DNA from: the human T2T-CHM13v2.0 reference genome, Homo sapiens
Direction: 5' to 3' (one strand)
DNA: 64,000 nucleotides
Assembly (NCBI RefSeq): GCF_009914755.1
Contig: NC_060936.1
Positions 24,331 to 39,982 of this stretch are shown here, piece after piece. Within the stretch, counting starts at the first letter, position 1; every line of letters begins with the position of its first letter. A program made the position numbers and the translations under genes. The notes below the pieces were generated by a model. The model did no database searches. It saw only the letters and a program-made list of their open reading frames with translations, and was not told where the DNA came from.

Positions 24331-27300
24331 CATGTGATATTGTTCCTAATGTACACTGGAGGAGAAAATGATAATACTTCCAATATCGTGGGGTGTACAC
24401 CCCTTCTGTTATATTGTTCCTTACACCCAGGGGGAAAGAGGATTATATGACTCCAAATACCACAGGGGGTGTACTCCCTACATGTGATATTGTTCCTAAC
24501 ATCCAGGCTGGGGGAGGATATTACTCCCAATATGGCAGGGGTGGACACCCACCCTGTGATATATTTCCTAATATCCAGTAGAGGAGAGGATGATATTACT
24601 CCCAATACCTTATAGTGTGTACACACTTTCTGTGTTATTGTTCGTAATATCCCTGGGGGAGAGGATAATATTACTCCCAATATCGCAGGGGGTGCACACA
24701 CCCCCCCCCATGATATTGCTCCTAATATCCAAAAGAAAACACACTGTTATTACTGCCAATATCTCAGGGGGTGTACACCTCCATTGTGATGTTGTTCCTA
24801 ATACACTGAGCGGAGAGGATGATATTACTGCCAAAATTGCAGGGGGTGTACACCTTCCTTGGGATATTGTTCCTAATGTCCAAGTGGGTAGAAGATAATA
24901 TTACTCCCAATTTCACAGAAGGTGGACATTCCCCTGTGATATTGTTCCTAATATCCAGTGGGGGAGAGGATGACATTACGCCCAATATCGCAAAAAGTGT
25001 ACAGCTTTTTTTTGTGATGTGTTTCCTAATATCCAGAGGGGGGAGAGGACGATCTTAGAATCAATATCACAGGGAGTGTACACCCCCCCATGATATTGTT
25101 CCTAATATCATGGTGGGGGGAGGGTTAATATTACTCCCAATTTCGCAGCAGTTGTTCACCCGCCCTAAGATATTGTTTTTAACATCCAAGGGGGAGAGGA
25201 TATTACTCTCAATATCCCTGGGTGTGTACACCCCCTTTTTGATATTGTTTCTAATATCAAAGCGGGGAAGATGATATTACTCCCAACACTGCAGGGGCTG
25301 TACACACCCTCTGCAATATTGTTTGTAATATCCGGGGGTGGGGGGGAAGAGGATGATATTACTCCCAATGTCACAGAGGATGTACACCGCCCTTGTGATA
25401 TTGTTACTAATATCCAGTGGGGGAGAGGGTGATATTACTCCCTACATCATAGGGAGTGTACATCATCCCTGTGACATTGTTCCTAATATCCTTGAAGGAA
25501 GAGGATGATATTACTCCCAATATCGCATGGTTATATATACCCCTATATAATATTGTTCCTAATATCCATAAAAGGAGAGGAAGATATTGGTCCCAACATC
25601 GCAGGGGGTGCACACCACTCCTGTGACATTGTTTCTATTATCCAGGTGAGGAGAGGATAATATTACTCCTAATATTGCAGGGGATGTACACTTCCCTCGT
25701 GATATTGTTTCTAATATCCAGGGGGAGAGAGGACGATATTACTCCCAATATCTCGAGAGGGGTACACTTCCCCTGTGATATTGTTCCTAATATCCAGCAT
25801 GGGAGAGAATAGTATTACTCCCAATATTGCAGGGATGTACACCCTCCTTGTGATACAGTCTCTAATATCCCAGGTGGGAGAGAATTATATTACTCCCAAT
25901 ACAAAAATAGTGTACAACCCCTCCCCGTGATATTGTTCCTAATATCTAGCGGGGGTATTATAGTACTGTTAATATTGCAGGGAGTGTACACCCCACTGTG
26001 ACATTTTTTAAATATCCGTGTGGGGAAAGGATGATATGACTTCCAATATAGCTGGAGATGTACATCTTCCCTGTGATATGTGATATTGTTTTTAATATCC
26101 AGGAAGGGAGAGGATGACATTACTCCCCATATGGAAGGGGAGGTATACCCTTCTTGTTACATTGCTCTTAATATACGGGGGGGAAGAGGAAAGCATTACT
26201 CCCAATATCTAAGGGGGTGTAAAACCCCCCTGTGATACTGTTTGTAATATCCAGGAAAGGAGAGGATGATATTACTCTCAATATCGCAGAAATGTACACA
26301 CCCCTGTGATATTGTTCTTAATATCCAGGGGGTAGAGGATGATTTTACTCTCAATATAGCAGGGGTTGTACATCCCTGCTGTGATATTGTTCCTTATATC
26401 ACATGGGGCAGAGGATGATATTACTCCCAATATTGCAGGGGGTGTGCACCTCCCCTGTGATATTTTTCCTAATATCCAGGGGGGAGGCACTATGTTATAA
26501 CTCCAAATATCACAGGAAATGTACACGCACACTGTGATAATTTCATAATATATAGAAAAGGAGAAGATGATATTACTCCCAATATCGTAAGGGGTGCACA
26601 CTCCTTTTTAATATTGTTTTTAATATCCACGGAGGAAGAGAATGACATTACTCCCATTATCCCAGAATGTGTAGACCCCTCTCTGATATTGTTCCTAATA
26701 TCCAGAAGGGGAGAGGATGATATTACTGCCAACTTCACAAGGGGTGTACAAAATTTTCATGATTTTTTTCCTGATATCAATGAAAAAAGAGGATATTACA
26801 CCGAATATCGCAGAAGGTGTACACCCCCCATGTGATATCTTTCCTAATATCTACGTCAGGAGAGTATGATATTACTCTTAATATCGCAAGAAGTGTACAC
26901 ACCCCTGTGATAGTGTTCCAAATATCCAGGCAGGCAGAGGATATGACTCCCAATATAGCAGGGGATGTACATCCTCCCTGTGATATTGTTCCTAATATCC
27001 AGAGAGGGAGAGGATGATATTACTCCTAATATGGAAGGGGGTGTACCCCTTCCGGTGATATTGTTCTTAATATTCAGGGGTGAAAAATACTGTATTACTC
27101 CCAATACCTCAGGGGGAGTGCAAACCTCCTGTCATATTGTTCCTAATATCCGGGGGGGAGAAGATGATATTACTCCCAATATCGCAGGGGTGTACACCCC
27201 CCTTGTGATATAGATTTTAATATCCCGTGGGGGAGAGGACGATATTACACCCAATATCGCAGTGGGTGTAGACCCCCCCTGTGATATTGTTCGTAATATC

Positions 27301-30300
27301 CCCATATCGCGGAAGGGTGCTTTTCTGTGTGATCTGTTGCATAATATCCACTGGGGAGAGAGGGCGATATTACTCCCCATTTCGCGGAGGGTGTACACAC
27401 CCATGTGAACTAGTTCATCATATCCAGGGATGTGGAGGGTGATATTACACCCAATATAGCGGGGGGTGTTCACTCCCCTGTGATCTGGTTCGAAATATTC
27501 ATGGAAGGAGAGGGTGATGTTACTACCCATATCCCAGGGCGTGTAAAACATCCTGTGATCTGGTTCGTAATATCCGGGGGGCAGAGAGTGATATTACTCC
27601 TCATATCGCGGGAAGTGTGCACTTTCCTGTAATCTGGTTCGTAATGTCCAGGATTCGAGAAGGTGACATTACTATCCATGTCACGTGGCGGTGTGTGGGG
27701 GGGTATAAATCCCAATGTGATCTGGTTTGTAATATCCAGTGGGGGAGAGGGTGACATTACTACCCGTATCCCGGGGGTGTACACCTTCCTGTGATCTGGT
27801 TCATAATATCCAATATAGGAGGAGGTGTACACCTTTCTGTGGTAATATCCAGAAGGAGAGAGAGTAATATTACTCCTAATATCGTGGGGGGTGTACACTC
27901 CAAATATCACTGGGGCATACACTCCCCTGTGATATTATTCGTAATACCCAGGGGAGAGAGAATAGTACTCTTAATATCGCAGGGGGTGTACACACCACTG
28001 TGATATTGTTCCTAATATCCAGGAAGGGAGAGAATGATACTACTCCCAATATCGCAACAAGTGTACACCTCTTCTGTGATATTGTTCCTAATATCCAGAA
28101 GGGGAGAGGAAATATTACCCTCAATATCACAGAGGGTGTATACACAGCCCTGTGATATTGTTTGTAATACCCAGGAGGAAAGAGGATGATATTACTCCAA
28201 ATATCGCAGTTGGTGTACACCCCCCCGTGATATTGTTCCTAATATACACGAGAAGATAATATTATTCTCAGTATCGCAGTGGGTGTACACCTTCCTTGTG
28301 GTATTGTTCCTTATATCCAGGGGAAGAGACAATGATATTACTGTCAATATCGCAAAAGGTGTACACTCCCCCTGTGATATTGTTCCTAATATTTAGAGGG
28401 GGAAAGAAAAATATTACTCCCAATATCACACGGGGTGTACAACCCTTGTGATATGGTATCTAATATCCCAGTGGGCAGAGGATGATATTACTCAAAATAT
28501 CACAGGGCGTATACACCCCTCCTGTGATATTGTTCCTAATATCCAGGTGGACAGATTATATTACTCCCAATATTGCAGGGCATAGACAACTCCCTCTGAT
28601 ATTGTTTTTAATATCCAGAGGGGGGAAATATAACATTACTCCAAATATATCAGGGAGTGTACACACCCTTTTTGATACTGTTCCTAATATCCTGGGGGAA
28701 AGAAAATAATATTATTCCCAATATCTCATGGGGTGTACACCACCCCTGTAATATTGTTCCTAATATTCAGGTGAGGAGAGAATGATATTACACCCAATTT
28801 TGCAGGGGGTGTACACCCCCACAGTGATACTTTTCCTAATCTCCTGGCGGGGAGAGGATGATATTACACTTAGTATCACAAGGGCTGTACACCACTCCGG
28901 TGTTATTATTTCTAACATCCTAAGTGGAAGAGAATGTTATTACTCTTAATATCACAGGGGGTGTACAGCCACCATGTAGTATTGCTCCTAATATGCATTG
29001 GGGGAAAGGATGATATTACTCCCAATATCACAGAAGGTGTACATCCACCCTGTGATATTGTTCTTAAAATCCAGTGTGGGAAAAGAATGATATTACTCCA
29101 AATATTGCAGGGGGTTTACACCCAACCCGTGATTTTATTCCTAATATTCACTGGCGGAGAAAATGATAGTAATCCCAATATTGTAGGGGATGTACACTCT
29201 TCCTTTGATATTATTCCTAATTTCCAGGGAAGGAGAGGGTAATATTATTCCCAATGTCCCATGGGGCATACATCACCCCTGTGATATTGTTCCTAACAAT
29301 GATATTACTTTCTATATTGCCAGGGATGTACACCGCCCCCCATGATATTGTTCAAAATATCCAAGAAAGGAGAGTACGATATTACTCCCAATATCGCAGG
29401 GTGTGTACATTTCCCCTAGTGCTCCTAATATTTAGGAGGAAATAGAATGATAATACTTCCAACATTGCAGTGGGAGTACACCCTCCGCCCCCGTGATGCT
29501 GTTACTAATTCCAGGGGAAAAGAGGATGGTATTACTCCCAATATCACAGGAGGTGTATAGCCCCCTGTGTGATGTTTTTTCTAATATCAAGGGGAAAAGA
29601 AGATGATATTGCTCTCAATATCGCAGGGTGTGTACACCCTCTGTGATATTGTTCCTAATATCAAAGGGGGACAGGATGATATTACTCCCTATATCGCAGG
29701 GAGCATACACACTTTTTGTGATATTGTTCCAATATCCAAAGGGGGAGAGGATGATATTACTCCCACTACTGCAAGGGATGTAAACCCACCCTGTTATATT
29801 GTTCCTAATATCCAGCGGGGTAGAAAATGATATTACTTCCAATATCGCAGAGTGATATTGTTCCTAATATCCATGGGGTGAGAGGATGACATTACTCTCA
29901 ATGTCACAGTGAATGTACACCTTTTCTGTGATATTGTTCCTAATATCCAGGAGGCAGAGAATAATATTACTTTCAATATTGCAGGGGGCGTACACCTCCC
30001 CTGTGATATTGTTCCTAATATCCAGTGGGGGAGAGGATGATACTACATTCAATATCGCAGGTGGTGTACACCCTTCCTGCCTCATTGTTCCTAATATCTA
30101 TGGGAAGAGAGGATGATATTACTCCCAATATCGCCAGTGCTGTACACCCTCCCTGTGATATTATTACTAATACCCAGGGGAGAGGCAATGATATTGCTTT
30201 CAATATCGCAGGAGGTGTACACTTTCCTAATATTGTTCCTAATATCCACAAGGGGAGAGGATGATATTACTCAAAATATCACAGAGGTGTATATTCTTTC

Positions 30301-33300
30301 TGTGACATTGTTCCTAATATCCAGGGAGGGAGAGAATGATATTACTCCCAATGTCCCATGGGGTGTACACCGCCCCTGTGACATTGTTCCTAATATCCAG
30401 GGAGAGAGAGGATGATATTACTTCCTATATCGCAGGGGGTGTACACCCTCCCCCACAATGATATTGTTTAAAATATCCATGGAAGGAAAGAATGATATTA
30501 CTCCTAATATTGCAGGGTGTGTACACCCCCCCGTGATATTGCTCTTAATATTGAGGGGGAAAGAGAATGATATTACTCCCAATATAGCAGTGAGTGTAAC
30601 CCCCCCGTGATACTGTTTCTAATATCCAGGGGGAAAGGAGATGATGTTACTCTCACTATCGCATTGGAGTGTACACCCTCCGTGATATTGTTCCTAATAT
30701 CCAAGGGGGCAGACAATGATATTACTCCCAACATCGCAGCAGGTGTACACCTTCCGGTGATATTGTTCCTAATATCCATGGGGGGAGAGGCTGATATTAC
30801 TCAAAATATCGCAGGAGGTGTACAGCCCCCCTTTGATATTGTTTCTAATATCCACGAATGGAGAGGATGATATTACTCCCAATATCGCAGGGGTTGTACA
30901 TCCATCCTGTGACATTGTTTCTAATATCCATGGGGGAAGAGAATATTACTCCTAATACAGCATGAAGTCTACACCCACCCTGTGATGTTGTTCCTAATAT
31001 CCAGGCGGAAAGAGGATAATATTACGCCCAATATCGCTGGAGGTGTACATCCCCCCTGTGATATTGTTCCCAATATCCGGGTGGGAGGATGATATTACTC
31101 CCAATATCGCAGGGTGTGTACACCCCCACTGTGATATTGTTTCTAATATCCAAGGAGGAGAAAATAATATTGCTCCTAATATCACAGTAGGTGTACACTC
31201 CCCAGTAATACAGTTCCTAATATGCAGGTCAGAGGATGATATTACTCCCAATATCACAGCAGGTGTACAACACTGTGATTTTTTTAAATATCCCAGTAGA
31301 GAGAGGATGATGTTACTCCCAATATCGCTGAAGGTGTACACCACCTCTGTTATATTGTTCCTAATATCCAGAATGCCAGATGATGATATTACTCCCAATA
31401 TCACAGGGGGTGTACACCTCCCTCCTCCTGTGATATTGTTCCTGATATCCAGGAATTGATACGATGATATTACTCCCAAAATCGCAGGGGGTGTGCACCC
31501 CCCTGAGATATTGTTCCTAATATGCAGGGGAGAAGAGGATTTTATTATATTCAATATCACAGGGTGTGGACACCCCCCCGTGATATTGTTCCTAATATCC
31601 AGGAAAGGACAGGATGACATTACTCCCAATATTGCAGGGACTGTACACCCCAAGTGTAATATTATATTCTTCCTAATATCCAGGAAAGGAGAGAGTGATA
31701 TTACTACCAATATATCAGGGGGTGTACAGCCCTCCTGTGACACTGTTTCTAATATCCATGAGGTAGAGGATGATATTACTCCTAATATCACAGAGGTGTA
31801 CACCCTTCTGTGATATTGTTCCTAATGTCCGGGGGTGGGGGGAGAGGATGATATTACTTTCAAAATCGCAGGGAGTGTACGCCACCCCTGTGATATTGTC
31901 CCTAATATCCAAATGGAGACAGGCTGATATTACTTCCAATATCGCAGGGGGTGTACATCCACCCTGTGATATTGTCCCTAATATGCAGGGGGAGAGAGGA
32001 TGATATTACTGCCAATACTGCAGATGGTGTACACCCCCCATATAATACTGTTCTTAGTATCCAAACAAGGAGAGGCTGATATTACTCCCAATATTGCAGG
32101 GGTTGTACCCCACCCCTGTGATATTGTTCCTAATATCCAGGCGGGGAGAGGATGATGTTACTCCCAATATCGCAGAAGTGTACGCTCCCCATGTGATAGA
32201 GTTGCTAATATCCAAGGTGAGAGAGGATGATGTTACTCCCAGTATCGCAGGAAGTGTACACATTTCCTGTGATGGTGTTGTTAATATCCAGGGTGGGAGA
32301 GGATGATGTTACTCCCAATATCACAGGAAGCGTTCACACCCCCACCCCATGATATTGTTCCTAAAATCTAAGGGGAGAGAGGGTGATGTTACTCCCAATA
32401 TCACAGGGGGTATACACCCCCCTTCCGGAGATATTTTTCCCAATGTCCAGGAAGGGAGAAGATGATATTACTGCTAATATCGCAGGGAGTGAACACCTTC
32501 CCTGTAATATTGTTTCCAATGTTTTGGGGGTGAGAATGATACTCCCAATATCCCAGGGATGTGCACCCGCCCTGTGATATTGTTCCTAATATTCAGGGTG
32601 GTAGAGGATGATATTATTCCCAGTGTCGTAGGGGGTATACACACCCTCTGTGATGCTGTCCTTAATATCCAGGTGGGTAGAGGATGATATTGCTCAAAAT
32701 ATTGCAGGGGGTGTACACCCCACAGTGATATTGTTTCTAATAACCAGAAGAGGATAAAACGGTATTGCTCCTAATATCACGGAAAGTGTAAACCACCCCT
32801 ATGATATTGTTCATAAAATCCAGGGAAAGGAGAGGATGATATTACTCTCAATATTGCAGGGGTTCTACAACACTCTTGATATTTTTCTAATATCCAGGAA
32901 GGAGATTCTTATATTACTCCTAATATTTCAGGGGGTGCACACCTCTTCTGTGATATTGTTCCCAAAATCCAGGAGGGAAGCAGACATCGTTTCAAGTATC
33001 GCAGGAAGTGTACACCCGCCTCGTGATACTGTTTCTAATATCCAGGTGGTGAGGATGATATTACTCCCAATATCGAAAGGGATGTACAGCCTCCCTGGTA
33101 TTTGTTCCTAACGTTTAGGAGGGGAGAGGATAATATTATTCCCATTATCACAAGGGGTGTACACCCCCATTTGATACGGTTCCTAATATCCAGGGGGGAG
33201 AGTTTGCCGTTAATTGCAATATCGCTGGGGATGTACACCCATGCTGTGATATGGCTCCTAATATCCAAGTGGGGAAAGGATACTATTACTTCCAATATCG

Positions 33301-33989
33301 CAAGGCGTGTACACCACCACCGTAATATTGTTCCTAATATCGGGGGGGGGGGTGGATGATATTATTCCCAATGTCGCAAAAGGTGTACCCTCACTCTGTG
33401 ATATTGTTCCTAATATCAAGGGAAGGAAAGGATGATATTACTCCCAATATTGCAGGGAATGTACACCTCCCTCTGTGATATTGTTTCTAATGTCCAGTGG
33501 GAAAGAGGGTGATATTATTCCCCATATCCCAAGGATGTACACCCGCCATGTGATATTGTTCCTGATATCCGGGGGAAAGAGCATATAACTCCCAATATCG
33601 CAGGGTGTGTACACCACAGTGTGATATTGTTCCTAATATCCAGGGAGGGAGGGAGAGGATGTTATTACTCCCAAGATTGCAGGAAATGTACATGCCGCCT
33701 GTGATACTGTTTCTATTCTACAGGAGGGAGAAGGTGATATTACTCCCATTAACACAGGGCGTGTACACCCCCTTGTGATATTGTTTTTAATATCAAAAAG
33801 GAAGTTAATATTACTCCCAATATAGTAAATACATTGTGTGTACAACCCCTGCGCTATGGTTCGTAATATCCAGGGGGGAGAGGGTGATATTACTCGCCAT
33901 AGCAAGTGGGATGTACACCCCGCCCCGTGCTATGACTTGCAATATCCATGGGGGCAGAGGGTGATATTACTTGCAATAGCCTGGTGGGT
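24331..33989 (+). repeat. Satellite block B (~75-76-bp monomer)
   Basis: GATATTGTTCCTAATATC-CAGGGGGGAGAGGAT-GATATTACTCCCAATATC-GCAGGGGGTGTACACCCCCTGT; period 76 measured at 31889/31965. Confidence 0.9.
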
Positions 33990-36900
33990 CATATTATTTG
34001 TAATATCCTAGGGCGATTTTATTTCCAATGTCACAGTATATGTACACCATGCATGTTCAATCTGTGATATTACTCTTAGTATCCAAGAAAAATATTACTC
34101 TTAATGTCACACTGGGTGTACAACATGTGTTTACACTCTGTAATATTATTCGTAATATCCTATGGGGATGTTATGTGGTTATACACTATGTGATATTATC
34201 TGTAATATCCTAGCGGGATGTGACTCTTACTGTCACAGTGGGTGTGCACGATATTTTTGCATCCTGTGTTATTATTCATAATAACATAGGGGGATGTTAC
34301 TGCTAATGTCACAGTCAGTAAACACAATGTGTGGGTACATTTAGTTATACTAATTGTAATATCCTACGGGGATGTTATACCTAATGCCACCGTGGGTGTA
34401 CACCATGTGTGTACCCTCTGTGATATTATTCATAATATTCTAGGAAAATGTTACTCCTAATGTCACAGGTGTACACCCTGTGATATTATTTCTAATACCT
34501 AGGCAAATGTTATTTTTAATGTCACAGTAAGTGTACGCTATGTGTATAGAGTGTATGATATTATTCATAATATCCTAGGGGGATGTTACTCCTAATGTCA
34601 CAGTTGGTGTATACCACGTGTGTTCACCATGTGGTTTCATTCATAAAATCCTAGGGGGATGTTACTCCTCATTTCACAGTAACTGTACACCCTGTGATGT
34701 TATTCATATAATTATAGGGGTATGTTACTTCTAATGTCACACTGGGGGTAAACCATATGTGTACACCCTGTGATAATATTCATAATATTTCAGAAGGATT
34801 TTACTTCTAATATCACAGTGGTTGTACAGCCTACCTATGTGTACAACCTATGATATTATTCATAATATCCTAGGAAGATATTACTTCTAATATCACAGTC
34901 TGTGTACACCCACTGTGATATTATTCGTAATTTCCTAGGGGAATATTATTCGTAATGTCACAGGGGGTGTACATCCTGTGATATTATTCATTATATCGTA
35001 GGGGGATGTTACTCCTAATGTCACAGGGGGTGTACACCCCCTGTGATATTATTTGTAATATCCTAGGGGGATGTTACTCCTAATGTCACAGGGGTTGTAC
35101 TTCCTGTGATATTATTTGTAATATCTTAGGTGATATTACTTATAATGTCACAAGGGGTGTACACCTTGTTATATAAGTCGTAATTTTCTAGATGTTGCTT
35201 ACTTTTAATGTCATAGGGGATGTACACCCTGTGATATTATTTGTAATATCCTAAGGAGATATAACTTCAAATATCCACCTGGATGTACATACATAGTGTA
35301 CACCCTGTGATATTATTCATAGTATTTTAGGAAGATATAACTCCTAATATCACAGTGGGTGTAAACCACATGTGTACACCCTGTGATATTATTTGTAGTA
35401 TCCTAGGTGGTTATTACTTCTTTTATCACGATGGGTGTACACCCTGTGTTATTTTTCATACTATTTTAGGGAGCTATTGCTTCTAATATCACATGTATGG
35501 TGTTCACTTCTAATTAAAACACATATGGTGTACACCCTGCTATATTATTCATAATATCCAAGGGAGATATTACTAATGTCACAGTTGGTGTACACCCTGT
35601 GATATTCGTTGTAACATTTTAGGAAAATATTACTCCTAATATCACAGTGAGGGTACACACTGTGATATTTTTGGCAATATCCTAGGGGGATGTTACTCCT
35701 AATGTCACAGTGGATATACATCCTGTGATAGTTTTGGTAATATCCTAGGGGGATGTTACTCCTAATGTCACAGGGGGTGTACACCCTGTGATATTATTCG
35801 TAATATCCTAAGATGATGTAACTCCTAATGTCACAAGGAGTGTACACCCTGTGATATTATTCATAATATCCTAGAAAAATGTTACTCCTAATGTCACCAA
35901 TGTGATATTATTCGTAATATCCTAGGGAAATGTTACTACTAATGTCACAATGGGTCTACACCATGTTATATTATTCATAGTATCCTACTGGGTTGTTATG
36001 CCTAATGTCACAGGGGGTGTACTCCCTGTGATATTATTCATAATATCTTACGGGGATGTTACTCCCAGTGTCACAGGGGTGTACACCTTGTGATATTATT
36101 CATAATATCCTAAAAAGATGTTAGTTCTCATGTCACAGGAGGTGTACAGGCTGTGATATTATTTGTAATACCTTAGGGGGAATGTTACTCTGAATGTCAC
36201 AGAGGGTGCACACCCTGAGATATTATTCAAAATATTATAGGGGAATATTACTTCGAATGTCACAGGGTGTGTACACACATTGATATTATTAATAATATCC
36301 TAGGGGAATGTTACTTGTAATGTCACAGGGGCTGTACACCATGTGATATTACCCATAGTATCATAGGCGGATGTTACTACCAATGTCACAGGGATTGTAC
36401 ACCCTGCAATATTCTTCCTAATATCCTAGAGGAATGTTACTCCTAATGTCACAGAGGGTGTACACATTGTGATATTATTCATAATATTTTAAAGGGATTT
36501 TACTCCTGAGGTCACAAAAGGTGTACACCCTGTGATATTATTCCTAATATCCTAGAGGAATGTTACTCCTGATGTCACAGGGGGTGCTCACCCTATGATA
36601 CGGTTCGTAATATCCTAGGGTAATGTTACTCCTGATGTCGTAGCAGATGTACGCACATATTATTTGTAACATCCTATGGGGATGTTATTCCTAACGTCAT
36701 AGGGGATGTCCACCATGTGTGCACATCCTCTGTGATATTATTCATAATATTCTAAAGTGATGTTACTGCTAATGTCACAGGGAGTGTACCCCATGTATGT
36801 AAACCACCAGTGATATTATTTGTAATATCATAGGGAAATGTTACTGCTAATGTCACAGTGAGTTAAACAATGTGTGTACACCCTGTGATATTATTCGTAA

Positions 36901-38661
36901 TATTTTAGGCGGATGTTACACCTAATGTCACAGTGGGTGTACACATATGGTGTGTACACCCTGTGGTATTACTCGTAATATCCTAGGGGGATGTTACTCC
37001 TAATGTCACAGTGAGTGTACACCATGTGTGTATACCCTGTGATATTAATTGTAACATTCTAGGGGGATGTTAGTTCTAATGTGACAGTGCATGTACACCA
37101 TGTGTGTACATCCTGTGATATTATTAGTATTATTATAGGGGATGTTACTTCTAATGTCACAGTGTGTGTACCAGGATATTATTCACAATATCCTAAGGGG
37201 ATTCTACTCCTAATGTCACAGTGGGTATACAACATGTATGTACATTCTGTGATATTATTCATAATATCCTAGGGAGATGTTACTCCTAATATCACAGGGG
37301 CTGTACACCATACCATGTGTGTACATTCTGTGATATTATTTGTAATATCCCAGAGAGATATAACTCCTAACATCACAGTGAATGTACACCCTGTGATAGT
37401 GTTCGTAATGTCCTAGGAATATATGACTTTTAATATCACAGAGGGTGTATACACTGTGATAATATTCATAGTATCCTAAGGAGATATTACTTCTAATATC
37501 ACAATGGGTGTATGCCCTGTGATATTATTAGTAATATCCTAGGGAGATGTTACTCCTAATAACACAGTGAGTGTATACTCTGTGATATTAATCATAATTT
37601 CCTAGGGAGAAATTACTCCTAATATCCCAGTGGGTGTACATTCTGTGATATTATTCATAATATCATAAGAGATATTACTCTTAATATCACAGTGTGTGTA
37701 CACCCACTGTGATATTATTTGTAATATCTTTGGGAGATATTACTGTTTATATCACAGTGGCTATACACCCTGTGATATTATTTGTAACATCCTGGGGAGA
37801 TATTACTCCTAATATCACAGTGGGTGTACATGCTGTGTGTACACCCTGAAATATTATTCATAATATCTAAGGCAGAAATTACTCCTAATATCACAGTGTG
37901 TGTCAATGCTGGGATATTATTTGTAATATCCTGGGGAGACAGTACTCTTAATATTACGGTGAGTGTAGACCTTTGGATATTATTCATAATATCTTGCGGA
38001 GATATTATTACTGATATCACAGTGAATGTACACGCTGGGAAATTATTCGTAATATCTTAAGGAGATATTTGTTCTAATATCACAGTGGGTGTACACTCTG
38101 GGATACTATTCGTAATATCCTGGAGAGATATTACTGCTAATATCACAGTGGGTGTACTTCCAAAGATATTATTCATAATATTCTGTGGAGATATTACTCC
38201 TAATACCACAGCAGGTGTACACCCCGGGATATTGTTCATAATATCCTGGGGGTGATATCACAGCGGGTGTACACCATGTGTGTACACTCTGGGATATTAT
38301 TTGTAATATCCTGGGGTGATATTACTCCTAATAACACAGTGGGTGTACACCATGTGGGTACGCCCTGGGATATTATTCATAATATCCTAGGGAGATATTA
38401 GTATCAATACCACAGTAAGTGTACATCATGTGCATACACCCTGAATATTATGTGTAATATCCTGAGGAGATATAACTTTCCTAATACCACAGTGGATGCA
38501 AAACATTTGTGTACAACCTGGGATATTATTCGTAATGTGCTGCAGAGATATTAATCTCCTAATACCACAGAGGGTGTACACCATGTGTGTACACCCTGGA
38601 ATATGATTCATAATATGCTGCAGAGATATTACTCTCCTGATATCACAGAGGGTGTACACCC
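33990..38661 (+). repeat. Satellite block A' (paralogous copy of ~13105-18450)
   Basis: Shares private variants with block A in the same order. Confidence 0.9.
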
Positions 38662-38711
38662 TTATAAAATAAGCATTCAATAAATGGTAGTTATTGTCTT
38701 TCTAAATCTAG

Positions 38712-38900
38712 CCCAGCTGTCAGCAGACTTTAGCTGTAAAGAGCCAGAAGTAAATATTTCAGGCTTTGTGGGCAATACATTCTCTGCCACATCTTCTGTC
38801 TGTTCATCAGCCCACCCTTCCTTTCTTTCCAATCCTTACAAATATAAAAACCACTCATAACTCACCAGCCACACAAATACAGGCAGCTGTAGTTTGCTGC
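38712..38900. mobile_element. MER58-like DNA transposon remnant
   Basis: 'ctgtaaagagccagaagtaaatatttcaggctttgtggg'. Confidence 0.6.
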
Positions 38901-39982
38901 CTAGATTCAAGTCATGTCACTCTGCTTCTAAAAAAGCTTCAGCGTTTCCTAATCCTTAAAGATTAACATTGAAATTCTTTAGCATCGCAAGAATGCTGAA
39001 GGCCATCCCCAGGTACTAGCTATTTCCCTCTCTCAAACCCTGCCCCATTTTCTAGCAACAAAATTCTCTAAACGAGCTGCATGCTCTCACATCTCCATGC
39101 CTTTATAATGCCATCCTTCCACCTGAAATTTCCTGGCAAAGTCCTCCAGGTTGGTGAGTGAGGTGGGGAGGAAGGGAAGGTGGGGAGGTGCTCAGGCAGT
39201 TTGGGGGAGGAGACAGACGTGCCATTTATTTCCAACTGCGCTGCACTGCCACTCTCTCTGTGAAGCACAGCCCAGGTTCTCAGGCTTTGTTCATTATTGC
39301 TATGTTCTTCTAGCCCACAAATGGCTGTTTCCTTCACTTCCAGATGCTTCTGACCCTTAGGTAAACAGCAATGCTTTTTAGAGCAACAATGCCTGAAGGA
39401 CACACCACTTTCCTTGAACACACTGCAGAATTTTTTAAAAAAATTCAGGGGAAAAGAAACACATTTCAGAATATGTAAGTGATGCTTTCTCCAGCAAATG
39501 TGAGATAGTAGGATGCCTTATCAATTATAGAAAGGAATCAGAAGATAGGTCCCTGACTAATTTTCTGTAAGTACCACAGTTGCTTCATTTTCTCACATTT
39601 CCCTAAAAATATGTGTTTCTGGGCTTCTCACAGCCAGGACTCAGACCCAGATGACTCAAATTAGGCAGGTTTGGGACAGTAATTATGGGCTACACGACTC
39701 ACCTTTGTTCTGCCTCAGCCTACCATCATTGCTGGAGTCTCATGGCCAGGAGAGGAAAAGATAAAGGCATCCTCATTTGCCTCCCCAACCCCAGAAGCCA
39801 CTGTGACTTGAGCTCACCCCGGCCTGCATTTTTACTCTGAAAGATTCTCCTAGTTTGCTGAGAATTCTTTAGGAATATGTATGCCATCTCTACCTATTTA
39901 GTCTTTGAACACTTGCTCTGAACTAAGTGCCTATTATTTGGTTGGGAGTCTAAGGCAGACCTAGGTGGGGTCACTTGGAGCC

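Noticed and set aside
24331-33989. Canonical G-quadruplex array in block B
   Set aside because: G runs are separated by loops of 20 nt or more, and half are paired with adjacent C runs.
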